A stretch of 59,045 nucleotides of DNA, filler included, from Sphacelaria rigidula (Eukaryota), in the NCBI GenBank assembly GCA_964200075.2. It is 8 parts of 8 records of this genome, joined end to end, with 100 filler letters (N's around TTAATTAATTAA, not from the genome) between each part and the next. Parts side by side here need not be neighbours in the genome. Positions count along the whole stretch, not along the records: positions 7,395 to 14,688 come from CAXNAA020015584.1; positions 14,789 to 22,081 come from CAXNAA020015585.1; positions 22,182 to 29,474 come from CAXNAA020015586.1; 5 more parts are not named here. One strand, 5' to 3'. Shown here in pieces: positions 9,913 to 22,246 of this stretch. Both the position numbers and the translations under genes were made by a program. Under the pieces are notes generated by a model, which was given only the letters and a program-made list of their open reading frames with translations, did not search any database and was not told the origin of the DNA. Position 1 is the stretch's first letter, and the number at the start of each line of letters is the position of its first letter.

Positions 9913-12900
9913 GCTACGTGCTGCTGCTGTCCGCCAAGACTAAACAGTGGGTGGCGGAGTTCAAGCTTAACTCAAAGCCCACCGCCGTGACCTTCACACA
10001 GGACAGGTATACTGTACAACCTTTCGTTGAATGTTCTGTGCTCGCACTTGCAAAAGCACTTGCCACAGGATGCAATGTCTCTCGTTCTGGTGAGAATTGT
10101 CGCAGCTGGCGGTATGATTTTGGATGTGCCCCCACCATTCATACGAGATAACATGTCGGCGATGCCCGTGTTCAGCTCTTGTACTTTGTGAGAAACTGCT
10201 CGCGTCGTCGCTGGTGTACTGCACAAACGATTTTGTGAAATCCTTCATGTGTGAGTAGAAGCAAAACCGAGAATGCTTCTTCATTGTGACGGTACATAGC
10301 AACATTTTGATAACCAAGCCATCAGTTGGTGCAATATATTTCCCTCGGACATACTTCAAGGAATAGCTGGCAACACGGGGTATGACGCGGAGCAATGCTT
10401 GCCCGTGTCGCGTCGCTTTGCTCTTCTGTATGACCATGTTCTCCTCTCTCTTTCTTTGCTCGTGTCTTCGCACATCTATTCGCCTGTCGATCTGCCTCTT
10501 CCTGCTTTATCGACGGCCTCTTCCGATGCAGTCAATACGTCCTAGCCTCCGGGGCTGATGCGGACGTTTATAAATTTGACGTGCGCTCTCGCCGCTGCGT
10601 TTTTCGTTTCTTCAATGAGGCAAGTACGCCGACCTCGAGGAACGAACACATGCGTGATTTGTGGCCTACACGTCGCGCGAATTTGCATCTTTATAAATTC
10701 GGTGTAACCCGTGTGTACAGGGTTGGGGATGAAACTCCAGGATTGCCTTCGAACTAGGGACTGGTATGAAAAAATACTTTTTTTGCGTGGGCCCGCGTTT
10801 GATGTTACTTAGCAACCGCATTTGTTGCTTGTTTTACTCTTTGTTGCAGGAATAAATGGCGTCACATGTGAAAATGTGTAGTCTTCGACAGACTCACGTG
10901 TGCGATATCTTCCCTTTCATGTTGTAGTATCCACATCATCCCCCCCCCCCCCACCGCCCTCCCGCCTTTTCGAGCGTTTCTTGCATGTCCTTTGACGAGA
11001 AGAGATTTAGAGAGATGGCGCTGTCGCCGGCGAGCTGTGACGATAGTCGTGCACTTTCGTTGAAATGTCTTTCGCGTGTGTCTGGTTGCCAATGTAACGA
11101 TCTTGGCACAAGACGTTGCTTTGAGCCTGTGAACCCTACCTGCTATCGTTGGATACACCTAGTGTTCTTATCCCTCACCAAATTCACGACATTCTCGATA
11201 CCCGCCCAACTTCGTGGATTTTGTTCGTTTCGCTGTACTGCGTAACGTATCGTACACTTCTTCTGTTGTTGTAGACGATGAGCTCGATATTTCACGCAGT
11301 ATAATTGTTTGTCTTGTTGGCCTTGTCCTGGGTGCGCTCGACAGATAACGTAAGGAATTCTCAATGCAGGACATTATCTCCACTCTCTGTGCTCGGTGGA
11401 CTCACCGCTGTATATGTCCTTGTCGTTACCGCTAATTTACGCTTCTCGAGGTACACCTCGTGCACTTCATATATAATTCACCATGACACGGCGTAAACCG
11501 CTGTCCCGTCCATTCCTTTCTTGTTTCGTCTCACTCCGTTTCTCCTTCAGGGCGGTACAGGCACGACAAGCATCGACGTGTCGCCGTCCTCCACTCACCG
11601 CTTGACCGCCATCGGCTCAGATAGTGGAGTGGTGAACGTCTACGATGAGAACTCCCTGGACTACGATGGTCACAAGCGAGTGCTGCGCCCAACCCCGCTG
11701 AAGGCCATCATGAGCCTCACGACTCCCGTCACTACCACGAAGTTCAGCCCAGATGGCCAGGTCCGTGTCTCCATTCGTGCCATGTGTATGTTGGTGTCTT
11801 TTGATGGGAGAATAGTGGTGTGGGATTTGTTTGTATCGTTCAAAAAAAGCCTCGGGCGTCATCAAACATGAGTTGCATTTTCGTGTTCAGCAAATTATAC
11901 TCCCAAGCAAGACTTGAGATATTATGGGCCTCACCGGCTTCTCATCACCACCAACTATAGCACTAATAGCGGCGTGCGTGCGCCTTGTGGCTTGCTGTAG
12001 GCAACCCCTCACTCTAGCTTGTTTGCTGTTGCGGCAAATTTCATACCTGCTGTTGGTTGGCAGCACAAGCGTACCATCGTCGTTAACACCGCTTTTACGT
12101 GTTGACAGTGTGATTCAATGCTAACTGCAACGCGTGTGGTGATTGTTCTGTTTATGTGAGGTGATTTTAGGTTGCGAGGAGTCGGCGTTACGGGACGCCA
12201 CCGGCATATTCTTTTCACGTTGGCGTGGCAACACCGTTGGGTGATGACATGTCGAGCCATCTGCATGACTGTTGCTACAACTACAACTATCTACACTATG
12301 AATGTATTTTATCCGAGTTGAACGGTTGCAAACAGCGCACCTACACTTCGAGTTGATGTCAATGTCCAAACACGCAAAACTCATTCCCAGTAGCTGGCGC
12401 ACACGCAAAAATTGTTCTCCTGGTCACACAGAGAACCTGCTCAGAAATGCACAGTACCACTATAGGACGACGTGGGTCCCGAAAGATTTGTCATGATTCT
12501 GGCACACGAGAGTTTGCTCGTGTGGCTGAGTCGACGAATAGTCTGCCGTGGGTGCTGAACAACCGCGGGCTGAACAGCGCGCCAGAAGAAAGCATTGGGC
12601 TTTTCCTCACCAGTTGTCGGTACTATGTGATTGGTAATCCAATAGTTCCCCTTATTTTGTGTTTCCCTCTGCGTGTCTGCCCTCGTGACGCCCCCACTGC
12701 TTCATGTTTCTGCATCGACCACAGATGCTGGCGATAGCCTCGAACCAGAAGCGTGATGCCCTGAAGGTCATTCATGCGTCATCGTGTTCCTCTTTCACCA
12801 ACTGGCCCACGGAGAGGACTCCTGTCCGCTACCCCTTCGCTCTTGATTTTTCCCCGGGAGGCGGTTACTTGGCCGTCGGCAATGATCGCGGTTGCGTCTT

Positions 12901-12934
12901 ACTCTACCGCGTTAGGCATTACCCTCAGGCTTGA
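9913..12934 (+). CDS. UTP18: U3 snoRNA-associated protein 18 (WD40, SSU processome), 3' part; exons 9913..10006, 10532..10619, 11551..11760, 12725..12934
   Basis: Spliced product GYVLLLSAKTKQWVAEFKLN..|SQYVLASGADADVYKFDVRSRRCVFRFFNE|GGTGTTSIDVS..AIGSDSGVVNVYD..PLKAIMSLTTPVTTTKFSPDGQ|MLAIASNQKRDALKVIH..FTNWPTERTPVRYPFALDFSPGGGYLAVGNDRGCVLLYRVRHY. The GS.SGVVN.Y, F.NWP...TP and FSP.GGYLA.GN..G...LY...HY motifs are characteristic of the UTP18 C-terminus. Confidence 0.9.
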
Positions 12935-14419
12935 ATAAGGAGGATATTGTCAGTGGTGCCACGTACCGTCAGTATTTCTCCATGTTTCTATTGGTGTTGA
13001 CCATTACCCTAGACATCTCGCCATGAGAGACGAGGTCGAGACTTCTGTAGGTGTTTTTTTCAACGTTTGAATGCGCCAGGACTTCGTTCCGAGAGGTTTC
13101 CCCCTGACGGTCCCCAGAAGGTTTTGAGGGTGGTTTTGTAGGCAAATGTGGCTACGAGAAGAACGTGAGTGCTTGGCAGATTTCATGTACAACGGAAAAC
13201 CCAATAGGTAAAGAGCAGTATATTGCCATGGTTATGCGAGGCGAGTGCACCATTAACGTCGTTCGTGTGACATCTGTGTCAGCTGGGATTGCTCTCGAGC
13301 TCAGCAGCGTTGGGGCGATTGATACCCCTGCCACACCTTGCTACCCACCACAATGGTTTGCACGGGCGACATGCTCACCGCTGCTGCTCCATGCGCGGTG
13401 TTCGGGTGTGGCAACTTGTCGTCATCCTGCTCGGTTTACTGTCGGGGATCGGGGCATACTTACCGCAACTCGGGCACAACTTTTCAACACCACCCAACCA
13501 CACCCGCACGAGCCGCGTCTGTATTATCCCAGCGAATAGATATGCCACGTCGTTCAGCCGTTCAGCAACAGCCGAATGGCCACACGAATGTACTATTACT
13601 GACTTGATGACTCGGTGTCGCTTTCCTGAGGAGGCCAAGCATTGCTGGTCGTGATGTGTGCATCAATATCTATGATGCGCACCACATGTATGCGTGGCAG
13701 TGTCCTTTTGAATGCACGTGTTGTCTCTCCGCGAGAAACAGTGACCCCCCCCCCTCCCCCTCCCAGAAAAAGAGACACAGGGCTGTCCTTTGAGTGTTCA
13801 GTTAGACATCCGGTCGTTCAGAGGGTCGAGAATCTTTCGAGCGTTATTTCTCGGTGCTTGGACTCTCAGTTCTTCGTTCATGACATCCGAGGTTTGTTTC
13901 AGCGAGTTCCTATGGTATCACTTTGGGCAAGGGGCTTCCCCTTCAGGTGATAATGCTTTGAGATTGATGTAGTCCCAGGGATGAAGGCCCATGAGGATGA
14001 TGCCAACGCCATTACTTTTTCGACGAGGATCCAACACGACAGAGTCGGACTTTCGACTTTGTGCCACACTGGATGGGTTTCTCCTGTGTTGCGACTCAGA
14101 CTGTTTTGCCCAGGTTGAACACTGCGGTCGTGCTTAGGTCATCGATTGTGCGGCATGTCTTGAGCAGGACCTGCGTCTTAGCGCTGCGGAACACGTAACA
14201 AAGCATGCTGAAAACATACTTCTTTGGACCAGTAGTCGAGTTTTCGAGCGCCTCTAGTTGAGTATCTCAAGGAGACTTCATACTGTTGCGCCGGCGACGA
14301 CCGCCGTCAGCGAAACGATCCAATGCGGCGACAGACGCCAGCGATCTTTGAAACACAGCATCATTCAGCAGTCTGCCGAGATATACCAGCGCACCAGAGT
14401 ACAGCACCGCTGCAGTACC

Positions 14420-14438
14420 GTCGTCGTCGTCGTCGTCG

Positions 14439-14469
<31 letters not shown>

Positions 14470-14555
14470 CTTCACATTGAAAACCGTTCCGATATCTTCG
14501 CGGTACATTCATACTGGGCATCTGATGCGGACGCCTTCCGTGGTCACGGGCTAGC
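14420..14555 (-). repeat. 3' end of a (CAA)n-tailed retroposon-like repeat (second copy 22182-22247, + strand)
   Basis: (GTC)n(GTT)n followed by gtcttcacattgaaaaccgttccgatatct..gcggtacatt; the reverse complement matches aatgtaccgcgcagatatcggaacggcttttaatgtgaagac(aac)n at about 22188-22247. Confidence 0.75.
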
Positions 14556-14788
14556 AAACAAAAAAAAAATAGACCCAGATGCAAAACTCACAAAACGCGA
14601 TACAAGCTAAACAGGAATAAATAATAAAGAAGAAAGGGAGTACATATGGCTAACCTTAAAAGATCCGGTGCCGCAGGTGGCTATTCGGNNNNNNNNNNNN
14701 NNNNNNNNNNNNNNNNNNNNNNNNNNNNNNNNTTAATTAATTAANNNNNNNNNNNNNNNNNNNNNNNNNNNNNNNNNNNNNNNNNNNN

Positions 14789-14862
14789 CGAGATATCATA
14801 CAGCTTATACACTGCCTCATGGGTGCCTCACCATTGAAAAACTACGTGGAACGATCATTCCC
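14789..14862 (+). repeat. Repeat family B fragment abutting the DIRS-like element
   Basis: cttatacactgcctcatgggtgcctcaccattgaaaaactacgtggaacgatcattcccatt matches about 40300-40361. Confidence 0.7.
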
Positions 14863-15121
14863 ATTCGACCATCACCGGGGGGGGGAAACAAAACCCGGAG
14901 CATTGCTGCGTCCGACATGACGAGCGGCTAACGTCATAGCTAAGGAAGTTTACCCCGTGTGATCCCGCTGTATGATATCTCGAGTAAAAAGGCAGAGATG
15001 CTCCTCCACCCGGTGCATTCATTGGAACCTTCTGGGTTGATGCTGTGGATGCCATGAGGTCCATGTCGAACTCGCTCCACTCAGACCATAACTGGTCAAA
15101 ATATTTTGCTCTCGGTCGCAC
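14860..15121 (-). pseudogene. DIRS-associated DNA N6-adenine methyltransferase-like domain
   Basis: FDMDLMASTAS..LPFYSRYHTAGSHGVNFLSYDVS..GFCFPPPVMV follows RNase H, matching the DLxAS / FxS / xPP layout of the MT domain of DIRS elements. Confidence 0.7.
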
Positions 15122-18100
15122 GTGCTCGTTGGCCCCTGGTCTTGAGAGGCTGCCTGCCTCTCAGTAAGTCATTGAGTCTGCCCATCGTAACGTGAGTGTG
15201 AAGTCTTGTCTGACTTGCATCCAGAAGAGCTGTTGGATGAATGTGTGCATGCGTTCATCCCTGGCTTTACTTTTCTTGAAGGCGTGGTACATGGTTTTGT
15301 TGTCGACATCTATTGACAGACTAGTCCCCGCCACTTTATCAGCTTGCTCTAAGCAGAACAGTCTAAGGACCTCGTGCAGTGCGAACGTTTCCTTGACATT
15401 GATGTGTGCTGTCACCCATTCGGCGGGAAAATTGGCGGCCGCTGTAAAGGCGACACCAGAGGGGCCTCGAACAATGCCCCCCCATGCAAGTGAGGAGGCA
15501 TCTGTGGCGCCGTTTATGGCAATAATGAGGTGACTAGGGTTTTACCAGGCCGCCCCATTCATGTTGTCTCGGAGTTTCCGCCATGTAGCTATCTCGTTTC
15601 AAAGACCACCATTGACAGAGAGCGCTACCTTTGCTGTGATATGTTTTCCTCCCGTCTTCCTGTACATCGCGATCTGTTTGTACATGCGAAACGTGTACAA
15701 GTTGGCTGCTGACACTGCAACCGACATGCTCGTGCACCTTTCCGCCCGCTTTTCAAGCATGGTGAACGTGATGGTTCCGGTAGCAAGGGCGTCGTCTAAG
15801 ATGCGCTCTAACTTGACGAGATTATCTTCGGGGACTTCGAACCGGCACTTGTCTGTGTCGCACAAAGTTCCCAAGAACACAAGTTTCGTAGTGGGTTCTA
15901 GCTGGCATTTCGAGATGGGCATGAAGTATCCACAGTGATAGAAGACTGACAGCGCCAGGAGGGCTGCTGAGCTTGCTGCCTATTTCTGCGTGTTAGGTGG
16001 GTCATGTTTTGTCGAGCGGACTCTCGTCAGCCAGACATCGTCGATCTACGCCAGTACTGGTACATGTAGGGATCGCAGGTATTGTGCCACCGCCTCGCTC
16101 AGGGTGTGGTAGGTGTAGGGGAACTGCACCAAGCAAAACAGAGGACAGTCCAGACGTAATATCCGCCCTTCCACTGAAAACCGAAGTATTCCCATGATGT
16201 GGGGTCGAGGGGCACATGGTGAAAACCTTATTTGTGGTCCATCGTAACCTGGTAAGCACCTTGCCACGAGCATTGGGCCACCTTTCCTACTCCGTATCTT
16301 GAACGGCATATCCTTGCACATGAGGTTCAGCAAACGGCCGTCCCAGATTAATCGTGGTTTCGACGGTTCTACTCCGAGCGGGAGAGACATGCGTGGCTTG
16401 GGGTGTGCGCGAACGTCTGCTATCTCCGCCCATCACACCGCGCAGCCTTTATCGACAGGTTTTCTAATATCGCAGTCAACAAACAGTTCGTGTTCTGGAT
16501 TCACGTGGTTGGGTCACTCCACACCCGTGAGGTCGGCGCCGTGAAAGGGGCGTCCTTGGAAACTTCCTGTCGTTGATGTGTCGACGAATGTGTGTATGTC
16601 TACACCGTTAATCCAGGACAATAACAAATCGGGTTGCATGTGGTCCTTCAGAATGACATATTTCCAGAACGGGACTGCCGTGCTCAGATGTCCTGGAACA
16701 AAGTCTTTCTCGTTGTATACGGGGGCTTGTCGTGGGGCTTGGGGCGGTTCTCCTGATTCCCAGCCTTCCTGGATCTGGTTCGCAGAGGGATCCTGGATCA
16801 TGCATGGGCTGAAGCTCGATTTCCTTGTATATCTGTTTGGTCCGTGCGAAAATATCTATGCACCGCGTTCGTACGTCTGGATCTTTCTGACAGAAAAGCT
16901 ATCAGGCCTGGTTGGTCCCGAAGACGCGTATAGCATACAATCAAATACAATATCGTTGGACGGACGTGTCGTGTATGTATAGATATTTTGGATCCAACAG
17001 AAATTTCACTGTTGTTTTTTTTTCAAAGCGAGCGCTTCCACGGATCCCACTGCGCACCAGAGTCCAAGCCACGAGTGAAAGCGAGGTTCAAAGGGTTGCA
17101 GGCGGGGCATTGGGGCTGCGTTATGTCGGATGATAACGTTTTCAGATCATCCGGCACTCATTTCATCTCGAGGGTGAACATGACACTTTGGGATCAACTG
17201 TAGTGGACTGGGTTATAGTGGCGTAGTATTCTTTCCAGTACACATATAGGATACAGAGGACATAAGAAAGCTGCGCGGGGTGTGGTGTTTCGAGAGGAGA
17301 GTGTGCAATGTTCGTGTGTTGCGGGGAAAGGTAAACCTCCCGCTCGGGTATTCTGCATAACAGCGGTGGGTTCGGCCTGTCGCCGAACCGGGCTCCATCA
17401 TGTGTCGCGTGGTACAAATAACCCGAGCCGAACTCGCCATCGGGGCAACAGAGCAGCAAACAGTATTCAATTCATGTTTACTCCATCTTTGAAAACGGTA
17501 CGCAAGATATGTCTCGCCTATTAACCTATGAAACAAGACATATGCAGGCTGGAGTCGGCACGTTCCCGAGTGTTCTGTGGCGGAAGCTACCGCAAACAGG
17601 GTGTGGTAACCCTGTACTATCTTAACACATCAGACTTCAATTGTACTATATCATCCGGGGCAGTACTTAGCGAGGTGTCCCGGTTTTGCGCATTGCCAAC
17701 AGACTATCAGGGGGCAGTGAACGTATGAATGGTTTGCGGGTTGACCCGCGTCCGTGCATTTTTGGCACTGGGGCGGTGCTCCTGAGCCCCGGCCAGTCTC
17801 TCCAGGGACCTCCTCGGTCTCCTCCTCTGCCGCCGCCGCCGCGGGTATTGCGTTGTCGCCTCCCTCCCCGCCCCCCCGCTGCGTAAGGTTCACTGGGCCG
17901 TAGTGGTTGGCGGCCCCAGAAAATGGCGCCTACTGGTAGGACAGGCGTGGATGTGTGGGGGGCGGCTGTACATGGTAGGGTGAGGGGTATTGGGTCGGCG
18001 GGCTCAGCAGAGCCCTCGACCCCCGCCCGCACGAATTTAGTACGCCCCCCGCACGAAAGTCTGGGCACCAACCCGGGGCGGTCTCCAGGGCAGTGTGATT

Positions 18101-18789
18101 GCCGCCCATGGACGTCGCTATCTCCTTGATCTCTGCGTGGAGGGCCTTGTTCGCGGCCGGCGAGCGCCGGGAGGAGGTGGCACCAAACCGTTTGTTGAGG
18201 AGCAGGGCAGTTGACGCCGGCGAGCGCCGCGCGAGACTGTCCTCGACATCGTTACGGAGGTTCCGCACCCACTCCATCTCGCGACGGAGTGAGGGCTGCC
18301 CCTCGGCCAACCGCTTCATTGCAGCTAGGTGGGCGAACATGGTGTCGAGTTGATCCGTGACTCGCGTGAGGGGCGTGAAGCGTGCATCTTTAAGAGGGTG
18401 AGCGTCCGCTGCTGCTTGGCTCATCTTCAATTCAAGCTACAGCGTTGGGGATACAGCGTGGGACGGGTCGGGTGAACGGGGTCGTGCGGCTGTTGTTGTG
18501 CTGTCGGACTCTCAGGCTGGATCGGTCTCGCTTTCACGTAGCAGAAGTGGTGGGCTGGTGTGCTCACAAACCGCGTGTACAAATGCTGAGTACTGGTCAT
18601 GAGCTGTGTCACACAGACTTGGTATGAAGGGGCTGACTGGACGAGTACGAAACACGTCTGAGCGGGCGGTATGTATGTTGTGGGACCGTCAAGTATTGAG
18701 TCGGAGTTCAGCGTACTTCAGCTTGCAAGGTTTCTGGCATAACATAGGGCTCTGTGGTGCTGCGTGGGTAAAAGCGAGCGTGTGCTGTG

Positions 18790-19260
18790 CTTCGCGTCAT
18801 CCCATGTGTACTGTTACGCCCCCACCTGTACTGTGTGGGCGGCTAAAAACCGGGCTAGCGTGTGTTTGTGCCGGTCCCGGGTTGTACTCGACAGGCGGCT
18901 GAAGGCCAGGCGGGCTTGTGCAGTGCCACGATTCGGTGGCACTGGTACTGTACTACGCTCCGAAGTGTACTGTATCGGCGGCGAAAGGACGAGCCGAGTG
19001 AGCGTGTACTCTGTGGTAAGGGCTGTACGGGCGTGTACGTTGCGTCATCTGCACGTGTACCGTGCTAACGCCCCCACTTGTGCTGTGTGGGCGTCGAAGG
19101 ACTGGGTGGACGTGTGCTTGCGCCGGTCCCATTCTGTACTCTACAGGCAGCTGAAAGCCATGGGGACTTGTGCGGTGCCGCATCTCGTCGGCGCTTGTAC
19201 TGTGCTGCGCTTCCCAGTGTACTGAACCGGCGGCAAAGGGCCGAGGCGGATGGGTGTGGA
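18790..19260. repeat. Imperfect ~250-bp tandem repeat (2 copies) inside the DIRS-like element
   Basis: gcgtcatc..gtgtac.gt..acgcccccac.tgt.ctgtgtgggcg..gtgtg.ttg.gccggtccc..tgtactc.acaggc.gctgaa.gcca..cttgtgc.gtgcc starts at about 18794 and again at about 19042. Confidence 0.8.
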
Positions 19261-22246
19261 CTGTGCTGGAAGTACTGTACGGGCGACGGGGTCGGGTAGG
19301 TGTGACCTGTGCCGCATCCGCATCGATACTGTACTGGCCAAAATTTGTGCGGGATGGGCGACGACAAACTGGACGTGTACGTAGCCTCCCGAGCCTGCCG
19401 TGTACTTGTAATGGTGTACTCATCTGTGTTATCTGGGCTGCGCGTGTACGGTGCTATCTGTACTGTACAGTCCACAAGGGTCGGGCGAGCGTGAACTGTG
19501 TTTTATCGGAAACGATGCTGTACTGGTCTTAATCGAGATTAGATGGGTGGCAGAAAGTCGGGTAGGCGTGTACGGCGCACTCCTCTGTGCATTTGTTTTG
19601 TTTGTTTGTTTTTTCTCGGGGCGGGGGGGGTGAAAAAACGAAGCAAAAGCGATGTTGTCGTGAGCCGCGTTTTCAAGGCCGGCGCCTAAGTGCTGCGGTG
19701 TAGGCATCTGTACTGACAAATGACACGATGTGTGCTGACCGTAGCGCTGGTGCGCTGTGAAGATCGCCGGTGGGGCTAATAGACATGTGGAGACGGGCCG
19801 GGATCAATTACTGGGGAAGTACTGAGGTCAAGTACATGCTTATCAGTAATGTGGACGCCTCCCAGCGTATAACTACGTGAGGTATGCCCAGGCAAAGAAT
19901 ATCGTGATCCGAATGGGGTTCTGCGTGCGAGGGTCACGGAGAGCACGGGAGCTCCTGGGGCGGCATCGTGAGGAAGGAACGGTGCGTGCTCCGTCAATAG
20001 CTACTGGCTGGCAGTACAACCAAGGGGATGTATGAAACGGGTTACGGGTAGGTGGGGCTGTACGTACGTGCGGAAAGAAAGGAGAGACCCGCTGTTGCAG
20101 GAACTGCGATCTGGCAACATGCGTGTGGGGTGGTGAGTGTGCTGAGTGCACGACGTCGCGAGTGGAAGTGGGACGAGCAAACTGTACTATAGACGTGCGG
20201 GTGTGTTATCTCAGAGTTCTTGTGTTTCCGTACCACGGTTGGGCACCATGCTACCTTGGGCTGTCGGCTTGCGGTGTAGTAGTGCTGTGCGTACCACCTG
20301 TGCGGGAGTGCGGGAAGATCTACGTGCAGCTACATAGATATTACAATATCATAGCGTACGTAGTGTAATTTGGTGTGAATTGTGCGGAGAAATAGAGCTG
20401 CCCAATTTTTCAGTATAACAGTGTACTAACTGACTGCAGTTTTGCGTGAGCTGGGTAGGGCATAGAGCTGCACCTTTTATTACAGTATGATGATGTACTG
20501 ACTCTAATTTGATGGGGCTGCTGTAGCATATGCATGTGGTTGGTTGCTGGACAGTGGGGCGCTATTCCTACGGCTGGGAGGCCTTGAATGTACTGTTCTG
20601 AGCGTGCGTGCCGGGAAGCAAATGGAGAATCTCACCTGACGGCGGGGGTGAATCCGCGTAAGCAATCGTTCCTCGTCGCTGTTCTCCTCCCCCCCTGCCG
20701 AAGCGGCTCCGGCTGCGCTCATGTCCGCCCTGCCGTGTGTATTCTCTCCCGCGTCGGAGAGCTTCGGTCCAGCAAACGTTCGGCGCTTGGGTTGGGGATC
20801 AGTCAAATCCACCGGGACATGGGAAGAGGAAGGTGGTCGAGGTGGCAGTGGAGGAGGGGGGGGGTTGGTTGCTGTGGTAGCGGTGCCGGAGTTAGGGGAA
20901 ACGCGCCTGGGAAGACTAGGAAATCGCCCACTTTTCTCAAGCCGCCGTGGGTAGTGCCATCGACTGCCCACAAGTGGTCGACTGCTGCTTCGAGCAAGGC
21001 TCGGGTCTGGAGGTCCCCCCGATCGTCGGGGGGAACGCTGGCTGCGATGGAGGGTCGTAAGATGGCTGCGATGTTGATTGACGTGCTTGTCGCGATAATT
21101 TCTGCGCAGACGCACATGAGCTGGTTCATCGGGACCTCGTCCGCAGTGAGACCTATCACCGCGATTACCCTCTTTGGGTTTATGGTGGAGACGGGCCCCC
21201 GCGTCTTGTAGACTAGCTCGTGCAGAGCGTCCACTGAGGGTATCGCCTCCGGGGCGGACATGTCCAGCGCGTCGGGGACCACAGGTGGTAGGCGATTGAA
21301 CTGTTGTAGGAGTTTGTAGGTGTAGTGTGCAAGAGGAGAGGGCGAGCCCACGTGCAGCGGGGCGAGCCTTCGTCGTCGGAGCTGTCTCGGATCGGTCCCT
21401 GCTTTCCGTGCTGTTTCTCGGTGATCAGGGATCAATGATCAATAAATGACTGGATACATGTGGGGCTCGTATATCACCGTTACTTGACAGTCCCGTGTCA
21501 TAACGCCTGCGGCTATATGTAGAACTTCCTGTCAAATGATCCCATAGGTCGTTGCATACCGCGCCACTGTCGTTGCAATTTGCGACCGGAGCTGTCTACC
21601 AATACGTCAATACATGTTGTTGATCGTTCATGTGTCTGCTTGTTGAACATGGAAGCATTACTATAGTGCTATATACTGATCGAACTGCAGTACAGTATCA
21701 CACCAGGCACTCCAGAGCTCCCGTGTACTGGTGCGCACGAAAGTTGAAAGTTTTCAAACTTTAGCGACCTCGTTTATTTTGCGGCATGGATGGATTTCGG
21801 CGAATCCTTTTCAAATTTCAAGGATCTTTTGTGCAGAAGACGAAATCTATGTCTGTGTCTCTGTCGGTGGTGTAGGTCGAAGGCGGTGCTCTCCCGTAAC
21901 ACCGGAGGACAGGTTTCACAGGTGTGGTGTTCAGCCTGGGCTGCACAGATTCTGCCACAGTTCATTGTATACAGCACAAAAGCCGTTTCAAATTGTGATT
22001 CGAACTGTCTGTCTATAGAGTGATGCTACGGTAGGGGTACAGAAATAATTTATGAGGTTAGAATTGTTAGGAGCCCCTTATNNNNNNNNNNNNNNNNNNN
22101 NNNNNNNNNNNNNNNNNNNNNNNNNTTAATTAATTAANNNNNNNNNNNNNNNNNNNNNNNNNNNNNNNNNNNNNNNNNNNNAGTACCAATGTACCGCGCA
22201 GATATCGGAACGGCTTTTAATGTGAAGACAACAACAACAACAACAA

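Larger units (their letters stand above)
14858..21510 (-). mobile_element. Degenerate DIRS-type (tyrosine-recombinase class) retrotransposon: ORF1/gag, RT, RNase H, methyltransferase-like domain; YR not present in this contig
   Basis: Minus-strand fragments in DIRS order: ORF1 (21261-20636, 18436-17651) ending CQKC..HSYVHC and CWQCAKPGHLAKYC; RT (PLGVEPSKPRLIWDGRLLN, ~16390-15900; KLVFLGTLCDT); RNase H (HINVKETFAL..VDNK..LRW, ~15500-15170); MTase-like (DLMAS..FYSR..GVNFLSYDVS..FCFPPP, 15121-14860). Many frameshifts. Element boundaries are approximate. Confidence 0.8.

Noticed and set aside
14258..14610. Poly-Val, poly-Asn and poly-Cys ORFs
   Set aside because: These are translations of the (GTC)n(GTT)n microsatellite tail.
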